From an uncultured Peptococcaceae bacterium (GTDB lineage Bacteria; Bacillota; DSM-12270; Thermacetogeniales; Thermacetogeniaceae), in NCBI GenBank assembly GCA_963768335.1, contig CAVYHR010000006.1, positions 1 through 64,000 on the forward strand: DNA of 64,000 nucleotides, given 5' to 3'. Under the pieces are notes generated by a model, which was not told the DNA's origin, did not search any database, and was given only the letters and a program-made list of their open reading frames with translations. This document shows, piece after piece, positions 29,756 through 38,767 of the stretch. Each line of letters opens with the position of its first letter. The first letter of the stretch is position 1. Both the position numbers and the translations under genes were made by a program.

Positions 29756-30597
29756 TGTAAACGGCCCCCCAGCAGGACTCCAATCAACAGCACGACTATC
29801 TCCGTCAGTTCGCTCAGCGCTCCGTAGGTATCCCCGGTCAATCCTCCGAGCAGGCGGGAGAGCCGGCCGGCAGTGAGATAGAATAGCAGGCCGGCCGCGA
29901 TAAAGATGCCGACTCCGGTCAATTTTAACAGAGCCACCAGCAGAAATAAAGAGATCCCGGTGGTGATCATCAGCATCTTATAATTGCCGTAGGTGGAGAA
30001 CAGCGATCCGATGCCCTGTTTGCGAGCGTAGGGAAACAGCACCTGCGCCCAGACCTGGGCCTGCCTCCCCAGCACCGGGGCCGCAAGCAGGTAGGGCAGC
30101 AGGTTGAAGCTGATCTGCGTGTACAGGCTGTACTTGAGGATCAGGATCAGGACGACGGCGATCACTCCGAAGGCGCCCACGTGGCTGTCCTTCATGAAAG
30201 CCAGGCGCTCCTCCCGGCTTCGTCCGCCGTACACCCCGTCGGTGGTGTCCATCAGGCCGTCCAGGTGCAGACCGCCGGTGAGGAAGACAGTCACGCAGAG
30301 GAGCAGGGCCGCCAGCACCGGGGCCGCCAGGAAACCCCGCAGCAGGTACCACAGGAGGCCGGTGATGATCCCCAGCAGCAGCCCAATCAGCGGAAACCAG
30401 TAGATACTGCGGCGGAAATCGTGTTCATCGAAGCGGCTCCACCTGCCGGGGACCGGAATGCGGGTCAGAAAGGCCAGGGCGCATAACAAAGACCGCACCA
30501 ATCGCATCTTCAAATCACTCCTCGAATCACCACACCGCGACCGCCGGACGCCGCCCACTGGCAGCCAGGGGTATCGGATAACTTCAGGCGCATTCAC
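29752..30597 (-). CDS. cobS: adenosylcobinamide-GDP ribazoletransferase (cobalamin synthase)
   Basis: LCALAFLTRIPVP...YWFPLIGLLLG, polytopic. Likely true start at the internal Met (MRLVRSLL, about 30507). The track N-terminus reads into repeat C. Confidence 0.85.
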   Translation of the reverse strand: MNAPEVIRYPWLPVGGVRRSRCGDSRSDLKMRLVRSLLCALAFLTRIPVPGRWSRFDEHDFRRSIYWFPLIGLLLGIITGLLWYLLRGFLAAPVLAALLLCVTVFLTGGLHLDGLMDTTDGVYGGRSREERLAFMKDSHVGAFGVIAVVLILILKYSLYTQISFNLLPYLLAAPVLGRQAQVWAQVLFPYARKQGIGSLFSTYGNYKMLMITTGISLFLLVALLKLTGVGIFIAAGLLFYLTAGRLSRLLGGLTGDTYGALSELTEIVVLLIGVLLGGRLQ

Positions 30598-30603
30598 ACT
30601 TCC

Positions 30604-30783
30604 ACAGATGACTACCCGCTCTAATGCCCCCGCTTCCTCCGCATCCGGGCTTACAGCCCGGCCTGAAGAATGCGGAGTACATCCGAAGCGGTGGAATAAG
30701 AGCGGCTACATCACTGTATTAACTGGCTCTAAGCGTCAGTGGGGGAAAACAACCCCCCACTGAAGCCAAGACCCAGTTGAAAG
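30604..30783. repeat. P2-type ~135-nt multi-hairpin repeat (copy C) carrying a nested P1 hairpin (30641..30684)
   Basis: Shares CACAGATGACTACCCGCTCTAATGCCCCCGCTTCCTCC...GAAGCGGTGGAATAAGAGCGGCTACATCACTGTATTAACTGGCTCTAAGC-GTCAGTGGGGG...CCCCCCACTGAAGCCAAGACCCAGTTGAA with copy D. Carries an extra insert GCATCCGGGCTTACAGCCCGGCCTGAAGAATGCGGAGTACATCC. Confidence 0.65.
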
Positions 30784-30795
30784 GCCGGCAAGCGC

Positions 30796-31785
30796 TCAAC
30801 ATCGAGCAAGAAGCACCCATCCAACGGTAGCCAGGACCAGAAAGATGGCCACCGTGCCGTAGAGCATCCTGATCGCCGCCTCGATGTGGCCCGGCGCCAG
30901 GGGTTCTTTCGGGTCGCCCAACCGCGCCCGCAGCGATGGCATACCCTGGTAGTAGTTCAGTCCGCCCAGTTGCACCCCCAGGGCGCCGGCCATGGCAGCC
31001 TCCGGATACCCACTGTTGGGGCTGGGGTGTTTATGCGCGTCCCGCCAGGGTAGCATCCAGGCCCGGCGCCAGTCGAGGCCGAGCAGCAGGGCGGCGCCTA
31101 CCATTAGCAGCATGGTCAGCCGGGCCGGCAAAAAATTGACCACGTCGTCCAGCCGGGCTGCGACCATTCCGAAATCCTGGTAGCGCTCGCTCCGGTAGCC
31201 GACCATGGAATCAAGGGTGTTGATCGCCCGGTAGGCGCAGGCCAGGGCGGGGCCGCCCAGCAAGAAATAGAACAGCGGAGCGATCACTCCGTCGGAAATG
31301 TTCTCGGCCACCGTCTCTACCGTCGCCCTGGCGATCTCCGCCGGATCCAGCCGGTCGGTGTCCCGCCCGACGATCAAACCCACCCGCCGCCGGGCCTCCG
31401 CCAGGTCACCCCGGCGCAGCAGGCCGAGAGTCTCCCGGGCCGCCCGGTCGAGGCTGCGGATGGAGATGGTCGCCCAGAGGAAAAGGGCGCTCACCACCAA
31501 GTATATGTAGGCCCACAGTTGTGGATGATCAGCGGACAGGGACAGCCTGTGCAGCCAGGTCAGACACAGATAGACCAGCAGCCACACCGGCAGCACCGTT
31601 CCCAGCACGAGCAGGGCGCCCGCCACCCGCTTCGCCGGCAGCGAGGCGGCGCCATGTCCGCCGGCGCGACCGTACAGCAGGCGCTCCCAGGCAGAGATCA
31701 GCCTGCCGATCAGAGCGACCGGGTGATAGTCGACCCTGGGGTCTCCGATGAGAAGATCCAGGAGCACCGCCAGCAGCAGCACCAC
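30796..31785 (-). CDS. cbiB: adenosylcobinamide-phosphate synthase
   Basis: MVLLLAVLLDLLIGDP...HPVALIGRLIS... CobD/CbiB family membrane protein. Confidence 0.9.
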   Translation of the reverse strand: MVLLLAVLLDLLIGDPRVDYHPVALIGRLISAWERLLYGRAGGHGAASLPAKRVAGALLVLGTVLPVWLLVYLCLTWLHRLSLSADHPQLWAYIYLVVSALFLWATISIRSLDRAARETLGLLRRGDLAEARRRVGLIVGRDTDRLDPAEIARATVETVAENISDGVIAPLFYFLLGGPALACAYRAINTLDSMVGYRSERYQDFGMVAARLDDVVNFLPARLTMLLMVGAALLLGLDWRRAWMLPWRDAHKHPSPNSGYPEAAMAGALGVQLGGLNYYQGMPSLRARLGDPKEPLAPGHIEAAIRMLYGTVAIFLVLATVGWVLLARC

Positions 31786-31997
31786 AATTGGTCCTGAGAA
31801 ACATGATCACGTCCAGTTGTTCCTCCTCGAGGTTCGAAGAAGGAAGTCAATGATCATCCAACTTCAAACTTCCAACGAGAGGATTTCCATTCCCCAAGCA
31901 ACAGCCCTGCATGTCCAGTCCGGTCTAGCGTTCTCATGATGGTCCAGAGCGGTGCCCATTGGACGAGCAAGGAAATATGTGCCCCGCCAGCCCGGGT

Positions 31998-32720
31998 TCA
32001 GCCGAAAATGGCTTGCTGGGGATCGCAGTGCAGGGATTTCAAGTCGAGGGCGATACCGGATACGAGCAGCAGGGCACGCTCAGCCCGGGCTGCCATCACC
32101 TGGTTCGCCAAGCCGGCCAGGTCGCGGAACAGGCGCCCCTCCGGGCTGGCCGGCACCAGCCCCAGCCCCACCTCGTTGGAGACCAGGATCACCTGGGCGC
32201 GGCTGGAGTGGGCAACCTCGGCCAGGCGCCGCACCTCAGCCAGCACCCGATCCTCAATCTGGCCGGTGAGCTTGGGAGACAGCACACCGGGGCTCTCGCC
32301 GGAGGAGTCGACTGCGTGCTGCAGCGGCCAGTCCTGGTAGATGAGGTTGGTGATCAGCAGGGTCAGGCAGTCGATGAGGATCGTCCGGTCCTGCTGCCCG
32401 ATCCGCTCCAGCAGGTCCGCCACCGCCCGGGGCTCCTCTATGGTTGTCCACGAGGCGGGGCGTCGTTGGCGATGCCTGGCGATCCGCTCCGCCATCTCCG
32501 GGTCCCCCGCCTCGGCGGTGGCCACGTAGGTTACCGCCCGTTCCAAGGTTGCCGCCAACTGCTCGGCATAGGCGCTCTTGCCGCTGCGCGCCCCGCCGGT
32601 GATGAAGTAGAATCTCCCACGATCCATACACGATAAGCCTCCCTGATAACCGGCCTCACCCCACAATTTGGCGGTGATTGGCATACAGTTAAAAAATGCC
32701 GCCGCATTGATAATCATCAT
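31998..32720 (-). CDS. cobU: adenosylcobinamide kinase / adenosylcobinamide-phosphate guanylyltransferase
   Basis: FYFITGGARSGKSAYAE (P-loop). True start probably the internal Met at about 32627 (RBS CAGGGAGG + 9 nt). Confidence 0.85.
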   Translation of the reverse strand: MMIINAAAFFNCMPITAKLWGEAGYQGGLSCMDRGRFYFITGGARSGKSAYAEQLAATLERAVTYVATAEAGDPEMAERIARHRQRRPASWTTIEEPRAVADLLERIGQQDRTILIDCLTLLITNLIYQDWPLQHAVDSSGESPGVLSPKLTGQIEDRVLAEVRRLAEVAHSSRAQVILVSNEVGLGLVPASPEGRLFRDLAGLANQVMAARAERALLLVSGIALDLKSLHCDPQQAIFG

Positions 32721-32769
32721 ACCGTTTTTTCCAATTTTGCATTGCCACGGCTATTATACCACAGCCGCA

Positions 32770-33732
32770 TCACGCCTTGCTCCGCGCCCCGAAGGACCTG
32801 ACCCGGTGCAGCAGTAAGAACCCGATCAGCAGCGGCAGCCAGAAGGTTAGCCCGCGGAAGGCCAGGGCGGCCAGCACCGCCGTGGCGCCGGGAACACCCA
32901 GCGAGGCGTACACCAGGGCCATCACGCCCTCCACCACCCCAATACCCTGAGGCGTGGGAGAGACGACCCAGAACACGAAACCGATGGCGTAGCCGGCCAC
33001 CAGCGGACCGAAGGCGAGCGGCCACCGAAAGGCCAGAAAGATGGCATACAGGCAGGCCACGTTGACCAGGTGGGAGGCCAGGGATACCGTGAAGGCATGC
33101 AGCAATCGCCTGGGGTGGCGCTGGATGGCGGCCGCAGCCCCGATATATTCGGAGGCATTTTTGGCCGGCCAATCCCCGGCCAGTGGAGAGGGCCGCTTGA
33201 GCAGGCGGGACACCCAACCGACGCCCCGGTGACACCAGACGAGCACCCGCTGCAGCATGGCCGGCTGCCACAGCCCGAGAAGCAGCAGGCTGCTCAGCAG
33301 CATGATAAACAGAAGAAACAGGACGGCGCCGGTGACCTGGTACAGCAGCAGGTCGGCCTGCCGGAACAGATAGATGATCCCGACGGCCAGGAGCAGGGAG
33401 AAGGCGCTGAAATCCACCACCAGGGTCAGCAGGGTACCGGCGGCGGCCCGGGCCGCCGGCTGCCCGCGCAGGGAGGCGTCGTCCATGAACAGGGCGATGG
33501 CTGCCGTACCCCCCGTCGGCGCCACCACGTTGACGAACAGCGAGGCCAGCACCAGCGAGAGCATGTCCCGCAGGCGGCGATCTATACCCACGATAAAGAA
33601 TGTATTCTGGTAGAGGACGGTATGCAACAGGTAGAATAGAACCTGCAGCAGGGCAGCCAGCCCCACCCACTGCCATTGGCTCTGCCGGACAGTCAGGGCC
33701 AGTTTCTGAATCTCGGCATAGCGGCTCACCAC
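32770..33732 (-). CDS. flippase-like / LPG-synthase-TM-like (UPF0104) integral membrane protein
   Basis: 8-TM hydrophobic protein resembling the lysylphosphatidylglycerol-synthase TM domain family. Co-oriented directly upstream of cobU. Confidence 0.6.
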   Translation of the reverse strand: MVSRYAEIQKLALTVRQSQWQWVGLAALLQVLFYLLHTVLYQNTFFIVGIDRRLRDMLSLVLASLFVNVVAPTGGTAAIALFMDDASLRGQPAARAAAGTLLTLVVDFSAFSLLLAVGIIYLFRQADLLLYQVTGAVLFLLFIMLLSSLLLLGLWQPAMLQRVLVWCHRGVGWVSRLLKRPSPLAGDWPAKNASEYIGAAAAIQRHPRRLLHAFTVSLASHLVNVACLYAIFLAFRWPLAFGPLVAGYAIGFVFWVVSPTPQGIGVVEGVMALVYASLGVPGATAVLAALAFRGLTFWLPLLIGFLLLHRVRSFGARSKA

Positions 33733-33864
33733 CAGCCAGATGAAGGCGACCAGCAGCAGCCAGAACAGCCAGCGGCGCGCCGGGTGTTTTTCAGCCTGAA
33801 TCTGCGCTATCTGCCTTCCCCCCTTCTGACCAATTCCAAGTCGGGGATCACCGGCCCCATCCTC

Positions 33865-35193
33865 CTACTGTTCGCCTGCAGGTACGGTGTTGACCAGACT
33901 GGCATACTGCCTGGCGATCCTGGGCGCCCAGGTTTGAAACTGCCGTCTCAGGTGCGCCGCCTCATCCGTCAGGCGCTGCGCTCCCAGGTGCCCGATGTAG
34001 GGCTCCATCACGTCGGGGCTGCACAGGTCAAGCAGGCTGCCCAGGGGAACATCAACCCCCGGCAGGCTCCGGGGTCCATTGTTGATCAGGTCGACCACGC
34101 AGCATATATAAAAAGTTTCAGCAGTCTTGAACTGGCAGGACATGAAAAAACCATTCAACAGATCCCTCAGGCTCTGCATGGAGGCGGCCAACCCGGGTTG
34201 ATCCCCGTCCGGCCAGGCGGCAACCACCTTTCGCAGCTCTGGAAGGAAGTACAGGCACTCATCCCGCCGCCAGAGCATGTCCCGCAGAATCTGCAGCACC
34301 TTGTCGCCGGGCAGGCCTGCGGCCAACTGCTCGTCCGCGCCCGCAAGCGGACACCCGCCCGACAAGACCTGGAGCACTTCCAGATAGACCGCGTAGCAGC
34401 CCCCGGCTATGGCATAGAACGGCGCCTGCAGAGCCCCCGACTCCATGATCGACCGGCAGGCAGGATCCACCTTGGCCAGCATCTGAGTGGAAACAAAATT
34501 GTCGTAGGAGGGGTGGCTGGCGAAGAAACGGCGCATCTTCTCATTCCCCACCGCCCCGTCAGCGTCCGGCACATCCGGGTCGAGCGCCGCAAACTCCTGC
34601 TGCGCCTTGGCAAGATCCATCAGTGTGGCCCCTAAAACAACGGCTGCCAAAAGCGCCCGGGTCTTCTGGTCGACCAGCGCCCAACTGAAGCCCGCCAGCA
34701 GCGTTTTCAGCTCCCCATCCAGGTAGGGGTCGTTGCGTATGGACAGTGCCATCTGGTAGGAAGCAAAATCGTAAAACCCTTCGGGCAGGTTGTCGATGAT
34801 CCGCTGGCGCAAGCCATCCTGATCCACGGTCTCGTCCGCCCTGAGCTTGAAGTCCGCCAGCAAGTTGACCGGGATGCGCAGCCCCCGCAGGTGTTTCTTG
34901 CCGAGCAGGAGTTCCCTGAACTGGTCGTAGGGCACTGCATCCCTGTCTCTGACCTGCCAGACCTCCGGCATCAACCTGCCCAGCAGATCCGGGTCCGGCG
35001 GCGCTCCGGTTTCCGGCAGTTGCAGTCCGCACCACACGCCCAGGGTGCGCCCTATCTCCTGTCCGGTGGTAGAGATCCCGGCCCCCATGGCCTGCAGCAA
35101 CCGGCCCGTGAACTCCTCCACCCGTACCTGACAGCACTTCTTGTACTTGATACCGCTGCCGCAAAGGCAGGGGTCATTCCTGGATATCTGCAT
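33865..35193 (-). CDS. SEC-C motif domain protein, otherwise uncharacterised
   Basis: N-terminal RNDPCLCGSGIKYKKCC (SEC-C metal-binding motif). The remaining ~400 aa were not recognised. Confidence 0.6.
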   Translation of the reverse strand: MQISRNDPCLCGSGIKYKKCCQVRVEEFTGRLLQAMGAGISTTGQEIGRTLGVWCGLQLPETGAPPDPDLLGRLMPEVWQVRDRDAVPYDQFRELLLGKKHLRGLRIPVNLLADFKLRADETVDQDGLRQRIIDNLPEGFYDFASYQMALSIRNDPYLDGELKTLLAGFSWALVDQKTRALLAAVVLGATLMDLAKAQQEFAALDPDVPDADGAVGNEKMRRFFASHPSYDNFVSTQMLAKVDPACRSIMESGALQAPFYAIAGGCYAVYLEVLQVLSGGCPLAGADEQLAAGLPGDKVLQILRDMLWRRDECLYFLPELRKVVAAWPDGDQPGLAASMQSLRDLLNGFFMSCQFKTAETFYICCVVDLINNGPRSLPGVDVPLGSLLDLCSPDVMEPYIGHLGAQRLTDEAAHLRRQFQTWAPRIARQYASLVNTVPAGEQ

Positions 35194-35438
35194 AAAACCA
35201 CCCTTCGTCCTATTTGCTGATATTATACCTCTTGGTTAGAGTTGCTTCTACCGGCTAAGTCCCCCATTGGTTAAGTCCCCCATCCTCCCGAAATCAACCC
35301 CGGGGCTATGCCACAGGGGAACCATGCCTTTGCCTGGACAAAAATAAGACCCCATCATGAGGGATCTCTGTGTTTTTTTTGAACTATATCGCCGAAGATA
35401 TCCGCTATGTCCGGATGCTCTGGCTGGTTTTTCTGGTC

Positions 35439-35999
35439 CTAGCCTTCTTTCAGCTCTTTATAAAGCCTTGCTAATTCCTGCTGCAGGTTGAGCACGTTTG
35501 CCCAAAACGCCAGGTAATCTTGATTCAGATTTTCCCCTTGTATCTGGGCAATGCCCAGCGCATCCCGAAACTGGCGCTCACTTTCTCCTGTCTTCGCCCA
35601 CTCGAGCTTGGTCAGAATGACATCTTCGGGGCTGGCAAACCAGTACTTGCTGCCCAAGAATGGTTCCAGCCGCCTCCTGTTAAACTCTTCTTTGGAGAAA
35701 GCCCTGCTCTTTCTGATAATCAGATCGATCTTAAAACCTGTTTCGAGATGAATGATGTTGAAGATTCCCTCATAGAGCTGTGCCTCTTTGATAGCTTCGG
35801 AAGACACGTAAAAGTCTTTTTCAATTGTTCTGATAAACTGATCGAGGGAGTTCTGGCGCGCTTCGATAACTATATCAGCATCGTAAGTCGTGCGTGGAAC
35901 TCCATAGCGGTTTCCGGCATAGGATCCGGTGATCATGTAAGCAATGCCGGCCTCTTCGAGCTTCTCCAAAACTGCTTCGAGGGCGCCCTCCGGTTTCAT
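35439..35999 (-). CDS. minimal nucleotidyltransferase (MNT/pol-beta fold) domain protein
   Basis: ITGSYAGNRYGVPRTTYDADIVIE, i.e. the GS-x12-DxD NTase signature. ATGA overlap with the upstream small ORF. Confidence 0.65.
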   Translation of the reverse strand: MKPEGALEAVLEKLEEAGIAYMITGSYAGNRYGVPRTTYDADIVIEARQNSLDQFIRTIEKDFYVSSEAIKEAQLYEGIFNIIHLETGFKIDLIIRKSRAFSKEEFNRRRLEPFLGSKYWFASPEDVILTKLEWAKTGESERQFRDALGIAQIQGENLNQDYLAFWANVLNLQQELARLYKELKEG

Positions 36000-36292
36000 G
36001 GCCTGATGCTCACGTACTGGGGATAGGCGTTGATAAACAGTGCCTCGGGAATCAGGAGGCGAATTACAGCCAGCCTCACCTCGTCTTCCGTGTATTCAGG
36101 ATGCCTCTGCCGAACACCCTCCGCCAGCATTTTCCTTGATGTGTCCGTCAAATCAATGGCCAGCTCCAGGCGCTCGGAGGAACTCATTCGCCGTATGATT
36201 TCAATCTGTACCTTTTCGGCATCATTGGATGTATCAACGCTCATATGAACCAACCGCCTCCGATTGTAGCGCACCATCAGCCGAGCCGGCAC
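35996..36292 (-). CDS. small hypothetical protein, putative partner of the NTase (TA-like pair)
   Basis: 4-nt overlap with the NTase start. The probable true start is the internal Met (MSVDTSNDAEK, about 36244). No motif recognised. Confidence 0.45.
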   Translation of the reverse strand: MPARLMVRYNRRRLVHMSVDTSNDAEKVQIEIIRRMSSSERLELAIDLTDTSRKMLAEGVRQRHPEYTEDEVRLAVIRLLIPEALFINAYPQYVSIRP

Positions 36293-36313
36293 CTTGGGTT
36301 AGCAAGCTGTCAG

Positions 36314-37123
36314 CTATTTCCGGATGCTCTCATCCCCGTCGTCGAAGCCATTTTCGCAGTGGGTGCCATCGCAAAAAGGCTTGTTCCCCGATCCGCCGCA
36401 ACGGCACAGGGTGACCCGGTTCCTGGTCTCATAGCTGGTACCGGAGGATGATTCCAGGGGGATGCCGCCTTTGAGCCAGATCGGTCCGCTCACCTGCTGC
36501 TCCGGGTCCTCGATCAGGCTGATGGATGGTTCAAAATCAGGCTCGAACGCCTGGAGGGTCTCTCTGTCCCAGGCCACCAATCTTCCCGAGGGGCAATTAC
36601 AAGCTTCCTGAATTGCCTGCTTCTTCGCCCCGGGATTATCGGATCTTCGGGTCAACTGCCATGTACCCCCGCCGGGATGACAAAAACGAGCGACGGAGCA
36701 CAAATCCTGGGCATCGGTCAACACCAGCTCGGGTCCCTCAAAGGCTACCGCCTGTTCATTGTAGGGGACCGCAGCGGCCATCCCATTGCCATCAAATTCT
36801 TTCCTTTCATGAGTTCCATCGCAGAAGGGCTTGCTTCCGGACTTGCCACAACGACAGAGGGCATACCGATCCCGATCCGGATACGTCTCGCCATCACGCC
36901 AGGCAACCGAGTCGCCATTCTTGTCAGATACTATAATCTCCTTCTTCAGCGGCAGTTTGCCAGACACCAGGTATGGGCCATTCCTGGTGACAGTTACCTT
37001 GAAGCCCGTTTTTTCTGCTGCGCCGGCGGTGTCCTTGTAATCCCCGGACTTGTTCGACATAATGTGCCTCCCTCCTCGAAACCGCAGTACAAGTTGTGCA
37101 GCCTGTATGCGAGACTCTCCCAC
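36314..37123 (-). CDS. CDGSH iron-sulfur domain protein (two CDGSH motifs)
   Basis: CRCGKSGSKPFCDGTH and CRCGGSGNKPFCDGTH. Likely start at the internal Met MSNKSG (about 37060). Confidence 0.8.
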   Translation of the reverse strand: MGESRIQAAQLVLRFRGGRHIMSNKSGDYKDTAGAAEKTGFKVTVTRNGPYLVSGKLPLKKEIIVSDKNGDSVAWRDGETYPDRDRYALCRCGKSGSKPFCDGTHERKEFDGNGMAAAVPYNEQAVAFEGPELVLTDAQDLCSVARFCHPGGGTWQLTRRSDNPGAKKQAIQEACNCPSGRLVAWDRETLQAFEPDFEPSISLIEDPEQQVSGPIWLKGGIPLESSSGTSYETRNRVTLCRCGGSGNKPFCDGTHCENGFDDGDESIRK

Positions 37124-37256
37124 TCAGCCGAGGATGCCGGGCTTTTTCTCTCCTCAACCTTTTCGAAAAGATTCTCGATAGTTTCAACCTGATTCTACAC
37201 CTGTGCCTTCAGTAGCGCTAGTTGTTCCCTTTCCATCGTATCCCCCCCTGCCTCTC

Positions 37257-37679
37257 TCACTCGTGCCATGGATTATGAACAGAGGCCTGACAGCGCTCCA
37301 AGTCATGTGCATTTCGAGTTACAACAATCAGATTATGGGCAATTGCTGTAGCCGCAATCAGGCTATCGATTACTGGCAGTTTCAAGCCATTTTTTTCCGA
37401 AACGCCTAGAATCCTTCCCCAAGTGAATGCTACATCAAGATCAATTGGCAATATCCGACCCTCAAAGCGTTTGGCCAGATCCTGATCTACCCAGGCCTGC
37501 AGGTGTTCCGCCCGTTTTCCATCACTGAGTTTTTTAATGCCCTTTTGTATCTCGCCAAAAGTAACCACACTGAGAAATAGAGTTCCCTCGTCCCGCTCAT
37601 CAACCCAACGCACCACACTTGGATTCGGCTCTCTTTTGATCAGTTCCGAAACGACATTGGTGTCTAAAAGGTATTTCAC
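37257..37679 (-). CDS. vapC: PIN-domain toxin VapC (type II TA)
   Basis: MKYLLDTNVVSE...acidic PIN residues. 4-nt overlap with the upstream antitoxin. Confidence 0.85.
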   Translation of the reverse strand: MKYLLDTNVVSELIKREPNPSVVRWVDERDEGTLFLSVVTFGEIQKGIKKLSDGKRAEHLQAWVDQDLAKRFEGRILPIDLDVAFTWGRILGVSEKNGLKLPVIDSLIAATAIAHNLIVVTRNAHDLERCQASVHNPWHE

Positions 37680-37969
37680 AATTCCACCTCGCGGGATAAG
37701 TCTGCGCTTCTTTCCAGGTCAATCTCCACATCGCATAAGGGCGACTCCTTAAAAAAATCCGTTAACTTTGTTCGAGGCTGTGTAAGGCGCTGATACTCTT
37801 CAATCGACAAGATAATAGCAGCAGGTTTCCCCCTGACTGTGATAATTTGCGGCCCATCTTGGGCTGCTTGATTCACAAGTTGGCTGAGACGATTTTTTGC
37901 TTCTTGCAGTTGCCATTCCATGCTCATAGTTTTCGCCCCCAATAAGTCTAGACTGTCAAGATTTATCAA
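37676..37969 (-). CDS. Phd/YefM-family antitoxin
   Basis: MEWQLQEAKNRLSQLVNQAAQDGPQIITVRGKPAAIILSIEEYQRL (YefM fold). Likely start at the internal Met. Confidence 0.75.
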   Translation of the reverse strand: MINLDSLDLLGAKTMSMEWQLQEAKNRLSQLVNQAAQDGPQIITVRGKPAAIILSIEEYQRLTQPRTKLTDFFKESPLCDVEIDLERSADLSREVEL

Positions 37970-38165
37970 TCAAAACTGTCTTGTTTTGTAAATTCCAATT
38001 CAACCCCCTCCTGCTCCCTTTTGGCCACTCCTTTTCTCTTGTACCGGCTTCAACAAGCAATCTGCAAAACCATGGTTCGACATTTTTCAAGCAAAATATT
38101 TTTCCAGGTTGCCTTTTGCCAGTTGACGTAATATACTGATTCTGACAACTGAATATAACATTCCT

Positions 38166-38320
38166 TCGTTAGGTGAGGCTTCTGCGTAGACAGACGCCAC
38201 TGCCCGGAAACGTCGAAAGACGCCAAATGGGTCAACAGGTATTACCGGCTTAAGGTTCTACCTAATGTGGCTGAGGGACAATCTCTAAGCTGCGCACGTG
38301 TCAAAACTCGACGAGTGGGG
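38166..38320 (+). ncRNA. M-box (ykoK-type) Mg2+ riboswitch
   Basis: TTCGTTAGGTGAGGCTTCTGCGTAGACAGACGCCACTGCCCGGAAACGTCGAAAGACGCCAAATGGGTCAACAG... Near-identical to the B. subtilis mgtE leader core (TTCGTTAGGTGAGGCT...GACGCTAATGGGTCAACAG). Confidence 0.85.
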
Positions 38321-38347
38321 GGATGAGGTATTGGCATTTATGAGACT

Positions 38348-38377
38348 GAGTCTTCCCGCGGGGAGGACTTTTTTATT
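38348..38377 (+). terminator. intrinsic terminator (riboswitch expression platform)
   Basis: GAGTCTTCCCGCGGGGAGGAC hairpin followed by TTTTTTATT. Confidence 0.6.
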
Positions 38378-38767
38378 GGGTAAGGCCGGATTGCGGATGC
38401 AAAAGTTGTGAACTACCCCCACTTTAGAAATGGGAGCTTCCTGCTTCATCGACCATTGCCTTGGTATGCCAAGGTCTTACACGATCTCAATTCAGGCGTA
38501 ACTTCGGGCTGTTCCATCCCTAGTCTTTGGGGGGTCGAAACTTTTACCCCGGTAAGCATTTCTACCGGGAACCGCCTAGTTTCGGTTATCAAAGATCTGG
38601 TTATATTATAACTAACATACGTTCGGTATGTCAACAAGTTTTTCTAAGAATGGCGATTCATCCCTCACCTCAGAGGAGAGGGACTTCTCGCTGAATAATG
38701 TTAAAAAAAGTAATTCCAGGCAGGTTAATACAGGGGCGCCAGTCCCGCTGACCAAGGAGGGGAAGGC

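Noticed and set aside
30458-30763. ORFs 30458..30763+ and 44375..45559+ share a peptide, PKRW(N/D)KSGY(I/V)TVLTGSK(R/L)QWG, which looks like a conserved small protein.
   Set aside because: The shared peptide is just the translation of the two P2 repeat copies. The ORFs have no RBS, and the remainder of 44375..45559 is antisense to fdhD/GT.
38190-38210. GCCACTG (B12-box-like) strings at about 38199 and 41685.
   Set aside because: The first is part of the M-box core. The second lies inside the small-protein coding sequence. Neither has the surrounding cobalamin-riboswitch consensus, and the genuine riboswitch is at 27227-27385.
38628-38767. Track start codon at 38628 for the MgtE-N/CBS protein (47-aa N-terminal extension).
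   Set aside because: No RBS upstream of 38628. A perfect AAGGAGG lies 8 nt before the ATG at 38768, and the extension is low-complexity.
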